NCBI GenBank assembly: GCA_965243185.1
Contig: OZ251531.1
Span: 72,698 to 136,697, forward strand
Origin: Dehalococcoidia bacterium
Lineage (GTDB): Bacteria > Chloroflexota > Dehalococcoidia > Lucifugimonadales > UBA3495
Direction: 5' to 3'
Length of the DNA stretch: 64,000 bases
The position numbers and the translations under genes are program-made. Position 1 is the stretch's first letter; each line of letters starts with the position of its first letter. The notes under the pieces were generated by a model that worked only from the letters and a program-made list of their open reading frames with translations, had not been told where the DNA came from and made no database searches. Shown in pieces: positions 1-9,443 of the stretch.

Positions 1-959
1 AAAACCGTGGCGACTATTGCCGTGAGATGGTAGTCCAGAAGGGACCAGGATTGGGCCCGGATAAAGGCGAGCAAGGCGGGGAAGTCGGACCAGTCGCCGG
101 TGTAGTAGTAGCCGGCTAAATAGCTGTCCGCGCCCTGGCCGCCGGCTTGCCATTGGTATTGGAGGGTAGTCCAGTAGCTGAGCCAACTGCCGGCGGCAAA
201 GCCCAAGGCGGGGAAGGTCAGCCAGAGGCGCGGCCGGAGCCAATGCCAGAGGGGGCGCAATCGGTTAAGAACAGATGCCGGCGGCGGGTTGGGTTCGGTT
301 ATGGGGTCAAGGCCGCGGCGCCGGGCGAGGAGGGCGGTCAGTAGTACGGCAAGGCTGAACAGAGCCAAGCCGTATTGGAGGAGGGGGGCGAGAAACAGGG
401 CGGCGCTGAGTAAAAGCAGGGCTTTTTTGCTGCCCTGCAAATGGCCGAGCAAGCCGGCAATCAGCAGGGTTGCGAGGAGGGCGTCGAGGGAGTATTCGCG
501 CACATCCCGGGCGTGCTGGACGGCGGCGACGGATACGGTGGAAAGCAGGGCGGCGAGGAAGGCCGCCGGCCGGGGGAAACCGCAGCGGGGGAGCAGAAAG
601 AGCAGGGCGGCTACGGTCAATAAACTGGCTGCCGCCGGCACAATCCGCAGGCTGAGGGCGGAGCTGTCCACCTTTTGTATGGCGTACAGGAACAGGGGAT
701 AGAGAATGGGGGAAGTGTTGCGCTCCCGGGTGTTGGCGAGGGCTTCGGCAAAGCCGCCGGCTACATTGTGGGCGGCGACGGCTTCGTCATACCACAGGGG
801 TTCCGCCGGCAGTTCGTAAAAGCGGAGGGCGGCGGCGATGACCAGCAGGATCAGGGCGGCGGCGTAGTACCAACGGCGGCCCCGGCTGCCGATACGCCAA
901 CAGCGTTCAGCCCAGGTTTTCAGGGGGTGGTCGGGGGCGGCTAGGCGGGATGCGGTCAT
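1..959 (-). CDS. GT-C fold (family 39/PMT-like) membrane glycosyltransferase, 3' end outside window
   Basis: Open frame from ATG at 959 to the window edge (hand-translated: MTASRL...WYYAAALILLVIAAALRFYELPAEPLWYDEA...NTSPILYP...REYSLD). It has the W-x-DE luminal motif and multiple TM stretches, and is a clear paralog of 3358..4002. Absent from the ORF track because it has no stop in the window. Confidence 0.75.
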   Translation of the reverse strand, partial: MTASRLAAPDHPLKTWAERCWRIGSRGRRWYYAAALILLVIAAALRFYELPAEPLWYDEAVAAHNVAGGFAEALANTRERNTSPILYPLFLYAIQKVDSSALSLRIVPAAASLLTVAALLFLLPRCGFPRPAAFLAALLSTVSVAAVQHARDVREYSLDALLATLLIAGLLGHLQGSKKALLLLSAALFLAPLLQYGLALFSLAVLLTALLARRRGLDPITEPNPPPASVLNRLRPLWHWLRPRLWLTFPALGFAAGSWLSYWTTLQYQWQAGGQGADSYLAGYYYTGDWSDFPALLAFIRAQSWSLLDYHLTAIVATV

Positions 960-1029
960 ACTTTTTGCGGCGATTATTGTAGCATAACCGGCTACCGCTA
1001 CGGGGAAAATTCCGCTGTCCACGCCGGTT

Positions 1030-2390
1030 CTTGACCGGGGATGAACTGGCCGGTGCGGAGGGCGGCGATGGGGTAATCGGGCAAGGGAACGGTGGCCAGA
1101 CACTTGCCGTCGAAAATGGCGCCGCGGAGGGGAAAGGCAAAGTCACGGTTAGCGATGCCGTACCGCTGCCGCTCCGGGGGCAAGTCGGACGGGTCGGACG
1201 GTATGATATGCAAGTAGAACCGGGCGGCGGTATCCGGCGGGGCGCAGTATTCCCGGACATAGTGCAGGTTGTTGTTCTGCAAGTAGAGGTCAAAGACGGC
1301 GCGGGCGGCCGGTTCAATGTCGGTCAGAGCGGCATAGGTGGCTTGGTGTTCGGCGGTGCGGTCGAGGGCAACGGTGGTTTCCCAGAGGCGGCCGGAGCCG
1401 GCGTCCTGGCCGGTGATTAAGCCGGCGATGGGGTAGTCGGGCAAGGGGATGGTGGCCAGGCATTTGCCGTCAAAAACGGCGCCGCGCCAGGGAAAGTCAA
1501 AGTCCCGGTTGTCCACGCCGTGCGGCCGCCGTTCCGGCGGCAAATCGGCCGGGTTGGCCGGGATGAGGTGTAGAAAGAAACGGGTTTCAGTATCGGTATC
1601 GGCACAGGATTCCCGGACATAGTGCAGGTTGTTGTTCTGTAAATAGAGGTCAAAGGTGGCTTGGGCGGCCGGTGCAATGCCGGTCAAGGCGGCATAAGTG
1701 GCTTGGTGTTCGGCGGTGCGGTCAAGGGGGAAAGCGGTTTGCCACAGCCGGTTGCCGGCGTCGGATTGGCCGGTGATTAGGCCGGCGATGGGGTAGTCGG
1801 GCATAGGCATCAAGGCTAAACACTTGCCGTCAAAATGCGCTCCTTGCCGGGCAAAGTCAAAATCCTGATTGTCCACCCCATAGGGCTGCTGCGCCGGGGG
1901 CAAGTCGGCGGGGTCGGCAGGCAGCAAGTGGAGAAAGAAGCGGGTTGCGGTGTCGGAGGGGGCGCACGGTTCTTTGACATAGTGGAGGGCGTGGTTGTGG
2001 AGGTAGAGGTCAAAGACGGCGGGGGCAACGGGTGCAGTGCCGGCCAAGGCTGCTGCGGCCGACCGGTAGAGGGCGGGGCGGTCAACCGGGATGGTAGTGG
2101 ACCAAGGGCGTCCCCCGTCTTGGGAGGACTGGCCGGTGCGGATGGCGGCGATGGGGTATTCGGGCAGGGTGATGGCCGCCAGACATTTGCCGTCGAACAG
2201 CTTATTGTATATGCCGAAGGTGAGGACGGAGCTTTCCCGCTCCCGCCCTTGAGACAAAGTGTCCGGGAAAGCGGGGATAATCTCCAGGAAAAACCCGGTT
2301 ACATTATCGCCCGGTAAGCACGGTTCCTTGAGGTAATACAAGGTGTTTTCCCGGCGGTACAAGTCGAGGTTGAGATAGAGGTCAAATTCG
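1030..2390 (-). repeat. four tandem ~360-bp (120-aa) intragenic domain repeats
   Basis: The cacttgccgtc(g/a)aa motif recurs at about 1101, 1461, 1821 and 2183. Protein unit: FDLYL..N.LHYV.E.C....T..RF.LH..P...DLP.....G..N.DF.F...GA.FDGKCLA..PLPDYPIA...TGQ. Confidence 0.9.
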
Positions 2391-3366
2391 CCGGGGGCGT
2401 CCGGTTCCCGGGCCCGGAGGGAGTGGTAGGTTGCCGGCAATTCCCGGGGGATTTGCGCGGAAAGCCGCCAGAGTTGGTGGCCGCCGCTGACCAGCTGCTC
2501 AATGTAACCGTGCCGGCTGGACTTCACTAATTGCCATAATGATACTTGGTAGGCCGCCGTGTTGTCGCCGCCGACTACGAGGTAAAGACGGCCGCCTTTT
2601 TGTCCCAAATCGGACAGCAGCGCCAGTAAGCCGTCCACGCTCGCGACATAGTCTTGGGTGCAGCCGTAGCGGTAATTATCCCGTTTCCCCTGATAAAACT
2701 CCATCGTCACCGATTCCCAGTGGGGGATGCACACCAAATCCGCAGCCTGCGCCTGCTGTTCCAGAAGGGCGATAATTTCCTTGATAGTAGAATAATCCGC
2801 ATAGGGGTTTTTCTGTTGCAGGGCTGCTATGCCACTTAAAGCGGCCAGGGCGGCCAAGCCAGTTAGCAAAGCGGGCCGCAGTTCCGGGCGGCGGGATAAG
2901 GCCGCCAGTCGGGACGCGGCCCAAGCCAGGGCCACGCCGGCGGTCAGGAACACGATCGGCCCCAAGTAAAGGGATTGGCGGCTGCCGCCCAAGGGGTACA
3001 GTTGGAGCAGGGCGGCGCCGGCGGCTAGAGCCAGGGCGGTCAGGAAAAGCAGAATTACCGGGTCAAGCCAGCGCCGCTGCCTTGCTGCCAATAGCAACAT
3101 TCCCAAAGTTATCAGGGTTAATAGCAGTACCGGGGCCGGCAGGTGGTAGTTCAGCATATACCAGATGCGGGTGGCGGCGAAAGAAAGGAGGGCAAGGGGG
3201 TCGAGGCCGCCGCTGTAGTATTGGGCGGCCAAGTAACTATCGGCGGCAAAGCCGCCGCCGGGAGACTGATGGCGCAGGGTCAGGAAGTAGCTGCTGAGGC
3301 TGCCGGTTAGAAACAAGGCTACCGGGCCAGCCAAATCCAACTGTCGTTTCAGCCAACCTAAAAGTC

Positions 3367-3386
3367 GGGGGGGGGGGGGGGGGGGG
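3367..3386 (+). repeat. G20 homopolymer (C20 on coding strand)
   Basis: 20 consecutive G, counted directly, at the frameshift point. Confidence 0.95.
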
Positions 3387-3998
3387 TATGATTGGAATGT
3401 CCGACCAGCAGCGCGGTCAGCAGGATGGCACTGCCGAACAAGACCAGTCCGTATTGGGTCAGTGGTGCCAGCAGTAAAGCTGCTCCCAACAAGGCTTTGC
3501 GTCCTGCCCGCAGATACCAGAGCAAGCCGGCAATCAGCAGTACCGCCACCAAGGTGTCAATGGAGTATTCCCGGGCGAATTGGGCGTACTCGACGGCGGC
3601 TGTGGAGAGGGTGGCTAATAGGGCCGCCAGCAAGACCGCCGGCCGGCTTACGCCCAGTCGCGGCAGCAGAAAGAGGATGGCCGCAACGGTGAGGACGCTG
3701 GCGGTGGCCGGCACAACGCGGATACTGAAGGCGGAGCTCTCCACTTGCTGAATAATCCAAGAGAGCAGCGGATACAGGAGGGGCGAGGCGTTGTTGCCGC
3801 GGGTGTTGCGGATAACTTCGGCAAGGGAGCCGCGGGAGTTAAAAGCAGCGTCCGCTTCGTCGGCGTAGATGGTGTTGCCCGCCAAGTCGTGAAAGCGCAG
3901 GGCGGCGGCGATGAGCAGCAGGATGGCGGCGGCCAAATAGTACCAGGGGATTTTGGCGGCTGGCGCGCGCAATGGGGATAGGGTTGGGATTAGGGAGT

Positions 3999-5120
3999 TC
4001 AAGACAACTCCCGCAGGGCGGCCATCAGGCGTTGGCAGTCGGGCATTGGGCGGATGCCGATGCGGAGGCAGTCGGGCAAGCCGAAGGAGGCGCAGTCCCG
4101 GAGGAATAAGCCTTGCCGCATTAGTTGTTCACAGAGGGCGGCGGCATTGCCTACGGATACCAGGAGGAAGTTGGCGGCGGCGGGGAATACGGTGTAGCCC
4201 AAGGCGGTCAGTTCAGCGGTCAGATAAGTTTTGGCGGCGGCAACGGCGGCGCGGGCTTGGGGGAGATAGTCGGGGTCGGCGAGGGCTACTTGGCCGGCAA
4301 CTTGGGCCAGGGCGTTGACGCTCCAGTCGGGCTGGAGAGTCGCTAAACGGGCAGTGATTTTCGGGGATGCCAGGGAATAGCCGAGGCGGAGGCCGGTTAA
4401 GGCGTAGTCTTTGGTCATCGAGCGGAGGATGACCAGAGAATCGGCTATCCCGCAATTTTCGTCAAGCAAAGGACAGGCATCCCAAGGGTCGGCAACAAAG
4501 CTGATATAGGCTTCATCCAGGACCAGGAGGCTGCCGGTTTGGGCGGCGGCTTGGGCTAGAGTTAGCACTTCCTTTTGGCTCAGGTAAATGCCGGTGGGGT
4601 TGTTGGGGTTGCAGAGGAAAATCAGGGCGGGCCGGCGGGCTTGGATGAGGGCGGCGGCTTGTTCCAAATCCCAGGAAAAGGCTTGGTCGCGCCGGGCGTC
4701 GTGGGTGAACAGTCCCGCGCCGGCTAAAGCGCACGCGCCGGCATATTCGCCATAGGTGGGAGTGAGGATAAGGGCGGCGCTGCGGACGCCGGGCCGGGGC
4801 GGCGACAGGTAAGCGCGGGTCAAGAGGTGAATCAGTTCGGTGGAGCCGTTGCCGACGCGGATGGATGCGAGGGGCGCGCCGGTGCGGCGGCGGAGGGCTT
4901 CGCGGAGTTCGAGACATTCCGGGTCGGGGTAGGCGGTCAAGTCAACGGCTTGCAGGGCGGGCCACAGGGCCGGCGGCGGGCCGAGGGGGCTGACGCTGGC
5001 GGAGAAATCCAGAGCGTCCGCCGGGTTCAAGCCCAAGGCGCGCAGTTGGGCCGGGCGGATGCCGCCGTGAATCGGGCGGGACGGCATTGCGGCGGTGGTA
5101 GGAGTATCTTGATTGCTCAC
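3999..5120 (-). CDS. cobD: L-threonine-O-3-phosphate decarboxylase (PLP class I/II)
   Basis: HGG N-terminal motif, GNGSTELI, LCNPNNPTG, DEAY and RSMTKDYALTGLRLGY (PLP Lys), in cob operon context. Start taken at GTG 5120 overlapping the cbiB stop (GTGA); ATG 5087 is an alternative. Confidence 0.85.
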   Translation of the reverse strand: MSNQDTPTTAAMPSRPIHGGIRPAQLRALGLNPADALDFSASVSPLGPPPALWPALQAVDLTAYPDPECLELREALRRRTGAPLASIRVGNGSTELIHLLTRAYLSPPRPGVRSAALILTPTYGEYAGACALAGAGLFTHDARRDQAFSWDLEQAAALIQARRPALIFLCNPNNPTGIYLSQKEVLTLAQAAAQTGSLLVLDEAYISFVADPWDACPLLDENCGIADSLVILRSMTKDYALTGLRLGYSLASPKITARLATLQPDWSVNALAQVAGQVALADPDYLPQARAAVAAAKTYLTAELTALGYTVFPAAANFLLVSVGNAAALCEQLMRQGLFLRDCASFGLPDCLRIGIRPMPDCQRLMAALRELS

Positions 5121-6082
5121 GGCATTATTCCGTAACGGAGGAAAGTTAGGGCCAAGGCGGCTATTAAGCCGAGGGCGGCGGCCAAGTACATTGCTTGGAT
5201 GGCGCGGGTGATGTCTTGGGTTGACAGGGGGCGGTTGGCGTCGCCCAGGATGTAGTGGCCGGTTTTTTCCAGTTGGATGCCTAACGCGCCGGCCATGGCG
5301 CTCATGGGCCAGCCGGCGTTGGGGCTGGCGGTGCGGGAATGGTCGCGGGACATTATACGCCAAGCACCGCGGAAATGCTGTCCCGGGAGGAGGGCGCTGC
5401 CCAACAGCAGGAAAAGCGCCGTCAAACGGGCGGGAATCAGGTTCAGCAGGTCGTCCAAGCGGGCGGACGCTTTGCCGAGGTATTCATATTCGCCGCGATA
5501 GCCAATCATACTATCCAGAGTATTGATGGCGCGGTAGGCGAAGGCGCCGGGCAAGCCAAAGAGGGCGAATGCCAACCAGGGGCCGATAAAGCTGTCGGAG
5601 CTGTTTTCGGCTACGGATTCGACGGTGGCGGCGATGGCTTGGGCCGGGGTCAGCGCAGCTGCGTCGCGACTGACTAGGGACCGCAGATTATCCCGCGCGC
5701 CGGCCAGGTCATCAGCGTTGAGGAGGGAGCGGATGCGGGCGGCGGCCCGGTGCAGCATCCCCAAGGCAAAGGTGGTTTTGAGCAATACCGCGCCGCCGAT
5801 AATGTATGCCAAATCCCCCCAAGGGTGCAAGGCGTCGAGGTAGCGCAGTCCCCAAGCGGCCAGGATGGCGGCGGCCGCCCAGAAAGCCGGGATGGACAAA
5901 GCCAGCAGTCCGCCGTAAGCCAGTTGCGGACGGCCGCGCCGCCGGGGGGCGAGGTTTTGCAGGAGGGTTATGGTCTTGCCCATCCAGACGGTGGGATGGA
6001 GGCGGGCCGGCAGTTCGCGGGCGGCCAGGTCGAGGAGGACGGCCAGCAGGAGGAGGAGGGCGTCGGGGGGGAACCCGGGCAT
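5117..6082 (-). CDS. cbiB: adenosylcobinamide-phosphate synthase
   Basis: HPTVWMG, LVSRD, ESVAENSSD, YRAINTLDSMIGY, ARLDDLLNLIPARL and SPNAGWP motifs. Confidence 0.95.
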   Translation of the reverse strand: MPGFPPDALLLLLAVLLDLAARELPARLHPTVWMGKTITLLQNLAPRRRGRPQLAYGGLLALSIPAFWAAAAILAAWGLRYLDALHPWGDLAYIIGGAVLLKTTFALGMLHRAAARIRSLLNADDLAGARDNLRSLVSRDAAALTPAQAIAATVESVAENSSDSFIGPWLAFALFGLPGAFAYRAINTLDSMIGYRGEYEYLGKASARLDDLLNLIPARLTALFLLLGSALLPGQHFRGAWRIMSRDHSRTASPNAGWPMSAMAGALGIQLEKTGHYILGDANRPLSTQDITRAIQAMYLAAALGLIAALALTFLRYGIMP

Positions 6083-6113
6083 AGTCGTAAATGTGGCGGC
6101 GTATGGGCGGGAG

Positions 6114-6521
6114 TTAGCCCGCGGCTTTCCGCTGATGGAACGTACTAATTAGTTTCTGTCCGGCCGGGATGTCAAAGACCTGAGTCAGCAGCATACTGGT
6201 GGCTTCGGCTTTGGTGAGCTTGCTGGGCATCCGGATACCCAGCGCGGTGCCAAGTTGACGGATGGAATCTACTTTAAGGGAACCCAACTCTGCTTCCGCT
6301 TCGCTACGCTCCAAGCTCGAGAAACGGGTGGACAAATCCTCAGACAGTTCCACCGTGGAGGGTTTCCCAGACTTTTCGGCGACTTTCTTATGGGGTTGAG
6401 CCTGCGCCAAGGTTTGGCTGAGTTCGAGCAAAGACAGCTCGGGAAAAGCGCGCAAAGCCTGGGCCGCGCTCTCCAAGGCTGCGGCCAACTCGTGGGAAGT
6501 TCGGATGTCGTTGGTAGCCAT
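6114..6521 (-). CDS. hypothetical protein; C-terminus resembles a Rho-N/HeH-like small helical domain
   Basis: 135-aa ORF from ATG 6521 with atypical codon usage. LKVDSIRQLGTALGIRMPSKLTKAE resembles the L+v.eLr.lak.lgi...sklkK.eL pattern (inference). Confidence 0.55.
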   Translation of the reverse strand: MATNDIRTSHELAAALESAAQALRAFPELSLLELSQTLAQAQPHKKVAEKSGKPSTVELSEDLSTRFSSLERSEAEAELGSLKVDSIRQLGTALGIRMPSKLTKAEATSMLLTQVFDIPAGQKLISTFHQRKAAG

Positions 6522-6531
6522 GCTCAAGCTC

Positions 6532-6918
6532 CTACTGGGACTGGATGACCTTGTCATCACTACACTCGCCCGACGCCAGACGACCAGCTAATCGCCGATA
6601 ATGGCTTTCAACGGCGCCCCAACTATTTGCCGCCTGATTCGCAGACAGTGCCGCATAATCCACTCCCTCCGCTTTCGGACGCGCCGTAGTATGCTGCAAC
6701 AGCCAAGCATCTGCCGCCGCTTTCCTCTCCGCCGAAAACTTCGCCGCCTCCTCCGGCCCATCTTGGGCCGCTATCTCTTTAACTTGGTCGATTTCCCATT
6801 GCAGGATGTAATCCCCCCACTTCGGATCCTCAGCGGCCGCTTGTGCTATAGGGGGTGGCGTTACACCGCCAATGCCACAGCCGAGTTCCTCTCGATTGTG
6901 GGGTGCGGTCTCACTCAT
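6532..6918 (-). CDS. hypothetical protein
   Basis: 128-aa ORF from ATG 6918 (MSETAPHNREE…) filling the gap between cobS and the next gene; no family recognised. Confidence 0.5.
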   Translation of the reverse strand: MSETAPHNREELGCGIGGVTPPPIAQAAAEDPKWGDYILQWEIDQVKEIAAQDGPEEAAKFSAERKAAADAWLLQHTTARPKAEGVDYAALSANQAANSWGAVESHYRRLAGRLASGECSDDKVIQSQ

Positions 6919-7010
6919 AACGGTTACTCCTTGAATCCCACGCTGGACAGGATAATAACCGATGGGGTTAAGAATAGCAATCGGCAGCGGTTGTTTCAAG
7001 GGCGTAAAGG

Positions 7011-7802
7011 TCAAAACCCGATAAGTCCGACATTGAAAGCCGCCGCCAACAACCCATACGGCAGCATTGCTACGGCGGCAATCAGGATGACTACTTCGGC
7101 GGTTTCGTTGGCGGCGCCGTAGCAGTCGCCGGTTAGGCCGTCGAGCAGACGGGATATTGCTTTGCCCATCAGCCAGGCCAAGGCCGATATGCCGGTTAGC
7201 AGGATTAGGCCGCCGTAGCCGCCGAGGATCAGGGCGGCGGTGGTTGCTATTATCGCCGCTACGGTGGTGGCTATCTTGCTACTACCTTGGTGGAAGGGGG
7301 CGCCTAGTCCCTGGCTGCGGGCGTAAGGGAAGGATGCCAGGAGCAGGGTCATGGTCCAGCGGGAAAGGGTCGGGAAAAGCAGCAAGACTATTTCCTTGCC
7401 GGGCGCATTCAGGGAGAGGAGGGATAACAAGGCGGCGTATTTGAGCAGCAGGATGCCGGCGGCGCCGGCTACGGCAAAAGCGCCGACATGGGAATCCCGC
7501 ATAATTTCCCGCCGCCGCTGGGGGGTGTAGCCGCCAAAGATGCCATCGCAGACATCCATAAATCCGTCGAGGTGGAGGCCGCGGGTAAGGGCAATGAGCA
7601 GGACGGTCAGCAGGGCGGCGGTGAGATAGACGGGAAAGATTTCCCGCACGCCGCGCTCGACGCCCAACAGCAACAAGCCCAACAGCAAGCCGACCAGGGG
7701 AAACCAGGCCCGGGAGGCGCTGAGGGCTTGCGGACTGAACCCGCCGGGCCAACGTGCCGGCAGAAAGGTTAAAAAACTGACGGCGGCCAGAAATGACGCC
7801 AA
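7011..7802 (-). CDS. cobS: adenosylcobinamide-GDP ribazoletransferase (cobalamin synthase)
   Basis: FLTFLP, WFPLVG, TRGLHLDGFMDVCDG, IMRDSHVGAFA and GLTGDCYGAANE motifs. Start placed at TTG 7802, which has AAGGA upstream. Confidence 0.93.
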   Translation of the reverse strand: MASFLAAVSFLTFLPARWPGGFSPQALSASRAWFPLVGLLLGLLLLGVERGVREIFPVYLTAALLTVLLIALTRGLHLDGFMDVCDGIFGGYTPQRRREIMRDSHVGAFAVAGAAGILLLKYAALLSLLSLNAPGKEIVLLLFPTLSRWTMTLLLASFPYARSQGLGAPFHQGSSKIATTVAAIIATTAALILGGYGGLILLTGISALAWLMGKAISRLLDGLTGDCYGAANETAEVVILIAAVAMLPYGLLAAAFNVGLIGF

Positions 7803-7842
7803 ATTTTCGTCCTTGATTACCGGAGGGAATCGGGGTTGGAGG

Positions 7843-8910
7843 CTAATCGTCCCGGTCGGAGACGCCGGCTTCGGCAAAGGTTGCCATTCCGGACAGGCAG
7901 CGGGCAGCGGCGTCAATCAGAGGCATGGCCAAGGCCGCGCCGGTGCCTTCACCGAGGCGCATTCCCAAGTCGAGGAGCGGGGTCAGTTCCATTGCAGCCA
8001 AGCCGATGCGATGGCCCGGTTCTGCCGATTGGTGGGCGGCGATGAAGTAATCCCGGGCGGCCGGGGCGATGCGCCAAGCGATGAGGGCGGCGGCTCCGGA
8101 GATGAAACCGTCCACTACCACCGGGCGGCGGGCGGCGGCGGTTCCCAACATTGCCCCGGCTAGTGCGCCGATTTCCAACCCGCCTACTTTGGTCAGCACA
8201 TCCAGTCCGTCATTGGGGTCGGGATTGTTGACGGACAAGGCCCGTTGGATTACCGCGATTTTGCGGGCCAAGCCGGGGTCGTCAAGGCCGGTGCCGCGGC
8301 CGGTAACGGCGGCCGGGTCGGTGCCGGTGATGGCGGCGGTGATGGCGCTGGCGGCGGTGGTGTTGCCGATGCCCATATCGCCGCAGGCAATGAGGTCGGC
8401 GCCGGCGGCGATCTGCTCTTGGGCGGCGGCGATGCCGATTTCCAAGCAGCGGGCGGCTTGCTCCCGGGTCATTGCGGGGCCGGCGGCCATATTTGCCGTG
8501 CCATAGGCTACTTTGACGGAGCGCAGCAAGGGATGGGGTGCCAAGTCGGCGGCGACGCCGGCGTCGAGGATGACGATTTCGGCGCCGGCGTGGCGGGACA
8601 GGACATTGATAGCAGCGCCGCCATTCAGGAAGTTGGCGACCATTTGGGGGGTAACTTCCTGGGGGTAGGCGCTGACGCCTTCGGCGACGACGCCGTGGTC
8701 GCCGGCGGCGAGGATGACGGCTTTGCGGCGGATTTGCGGGGTGGGTTCGCCAAAGATGCCGGCCAGCATTACCGACAAATCCTCGAGGCGGCCGAGACTG
8801 CCGGGGGGCTTGGTTAGAGTGTCCTGGCGGGCGCGGGCGGCGTCCATAGCCGCGGCATCGCGGGGGGCAATGCTTTGTACGGTGCGGTCAAGCAGGGGAG
8901 AGAGGGTCAT
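7843..8910 (-). CDS. cobT: nicotinate-nucleotide--dimethylbenzimidazole phosphoribosyltransferase
   Basis: LTKPPGSLGRLE, AGDHGV, VSAYPQEVT, GDMGIGNTT and LDLGMRLGEGTGA motifs. Confidence 0.96.
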   Translation of the reverse strand: MTLSPLLDRTVQSIAPRDAAAMDAARARQDTLTKPPGSLGRLEDLSVMLAGIFGEPTPQIRRKAVILAAGDHGVVAEGVSAYPQEVTPQMVANFLNGGAAINVLSRHAGAEIVILDAGVAADLAPHPLLRSVKVAYGTANMAAGPAMTREQAARCLEIGIAAAQEQIAAGADLIACGDMGIGNTTAASAITAAITGTDPAAVTGRGTGLDDPGLARKIAVIQRALSVNNPDPNDGLDVLTKVGGLEIGALAGAMLGTAAARRPVVVDGFISGAAALIAWRIAPAARDYFIAAHQSAEPGHRIGLAAMELTPLLDLGMRLGEGTGAALAMPLIDAAARCLSGMATFAEAGVSDRDD

Positions 8911-8933
8911 AATAGGGCCTCCGGTAATAATGG

Positions 8934-9443
8934 CTAATTGGTCGCTGGGCGTGCGGCCCGCAAGGCTTGTTGGTAGAGGCGGGCGCTGATGCGGAACTCG
9001 GCTTGTCGCAGATGGTCCAGGTCGGCTTGCAGGGTGTCTATTATGCCATCCCGGGCGGCTTGAGTCAGGATGCCGACAACGCCGGTCAGGGTAAGGTTAT
9101 ATTCCATAGCCCGGCGGCGGCCTTTCGCCTCGTCGATTATCAAAAGCGCCGCTTGATTGGACAAAGCCAGGGTAATGGCTTCGGCCTCGCCCGCTCCCAA
9201 GCCCGCTCCGGCCACGGCGACTAAATGCCGGTCGACGGTGTCAGCTACCCGGAGCCAACCGGCGGCGGCCGCAGCAGCTACTTCTGGAGAGCCGGCTTTG
9301 TCCGCCCCGCTTTCCACTACTTCCTGCCAAACTGCCGGGGGGATCCAAACTTCGCTGTAAAACTCGCGCAGCAGTTCCAGATGCCCCACGACGGAAAGGC
9401 CGACCAGCGGGGAAGCGTTGCTAACGACGGGGCCGGGCGGCAT
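8934..9443 (-). CDS. DUF3368 family PIN-like protein (putative toxin, COG2405)
   Basis: VVSNASPL, VWIPPAVWQE, LGAGEAEAITLA, LLIIDEAKGRRRA and TGVVGIL pattern. Confidence 0.85.
   Translation of the reverse strand: MPPGPVVSNASPLVGLSVVGHLELLREFYSEVWIPPAVWQEVVESGADKAGSPEVAAAAAAGWLRVADTVDRHLVAVAGAGLGAGEAEAITLALSNQAALLIIDEAKGRRRAMEYNLTLTGVVGILTQAARDGIIDTLQADLDHLRQAEFRISARLYQQALRAARPATN

Larger units (their letters stand above)
998..4002 (-). pseudogene. GT-C membrane glycosyltransferase with four C-terminal ~120-aa repeats, split into 3358..4002 and 998..3340 by a frameshift in a C20 tract
   Basis: The N-part has IYADEA, NASPLLYP and AREYSID motifs, and the C-part continues with GT-C helices (LYPLGGSRQSLYL). 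Both halves align to the intact paralog at 1..959. C21 or C18 would join them (…CCC CGA CTT TTA GGT TGG CTG AAA CGA CAG TTG GAT…) into about 1000 aa. Confidence 0.75.

Noticed and set aside
5121-5363. Extended N-termini called by the ORF track for cobD (5363), cobS (7916), ruvA (36702), pheS (19229), hicB (33371) and the DUF4392 gene (31141)
   Set aside because: They overlap upstream genes or lack homology; downstream starts have RBSs or 4-nt coupling overlaps.
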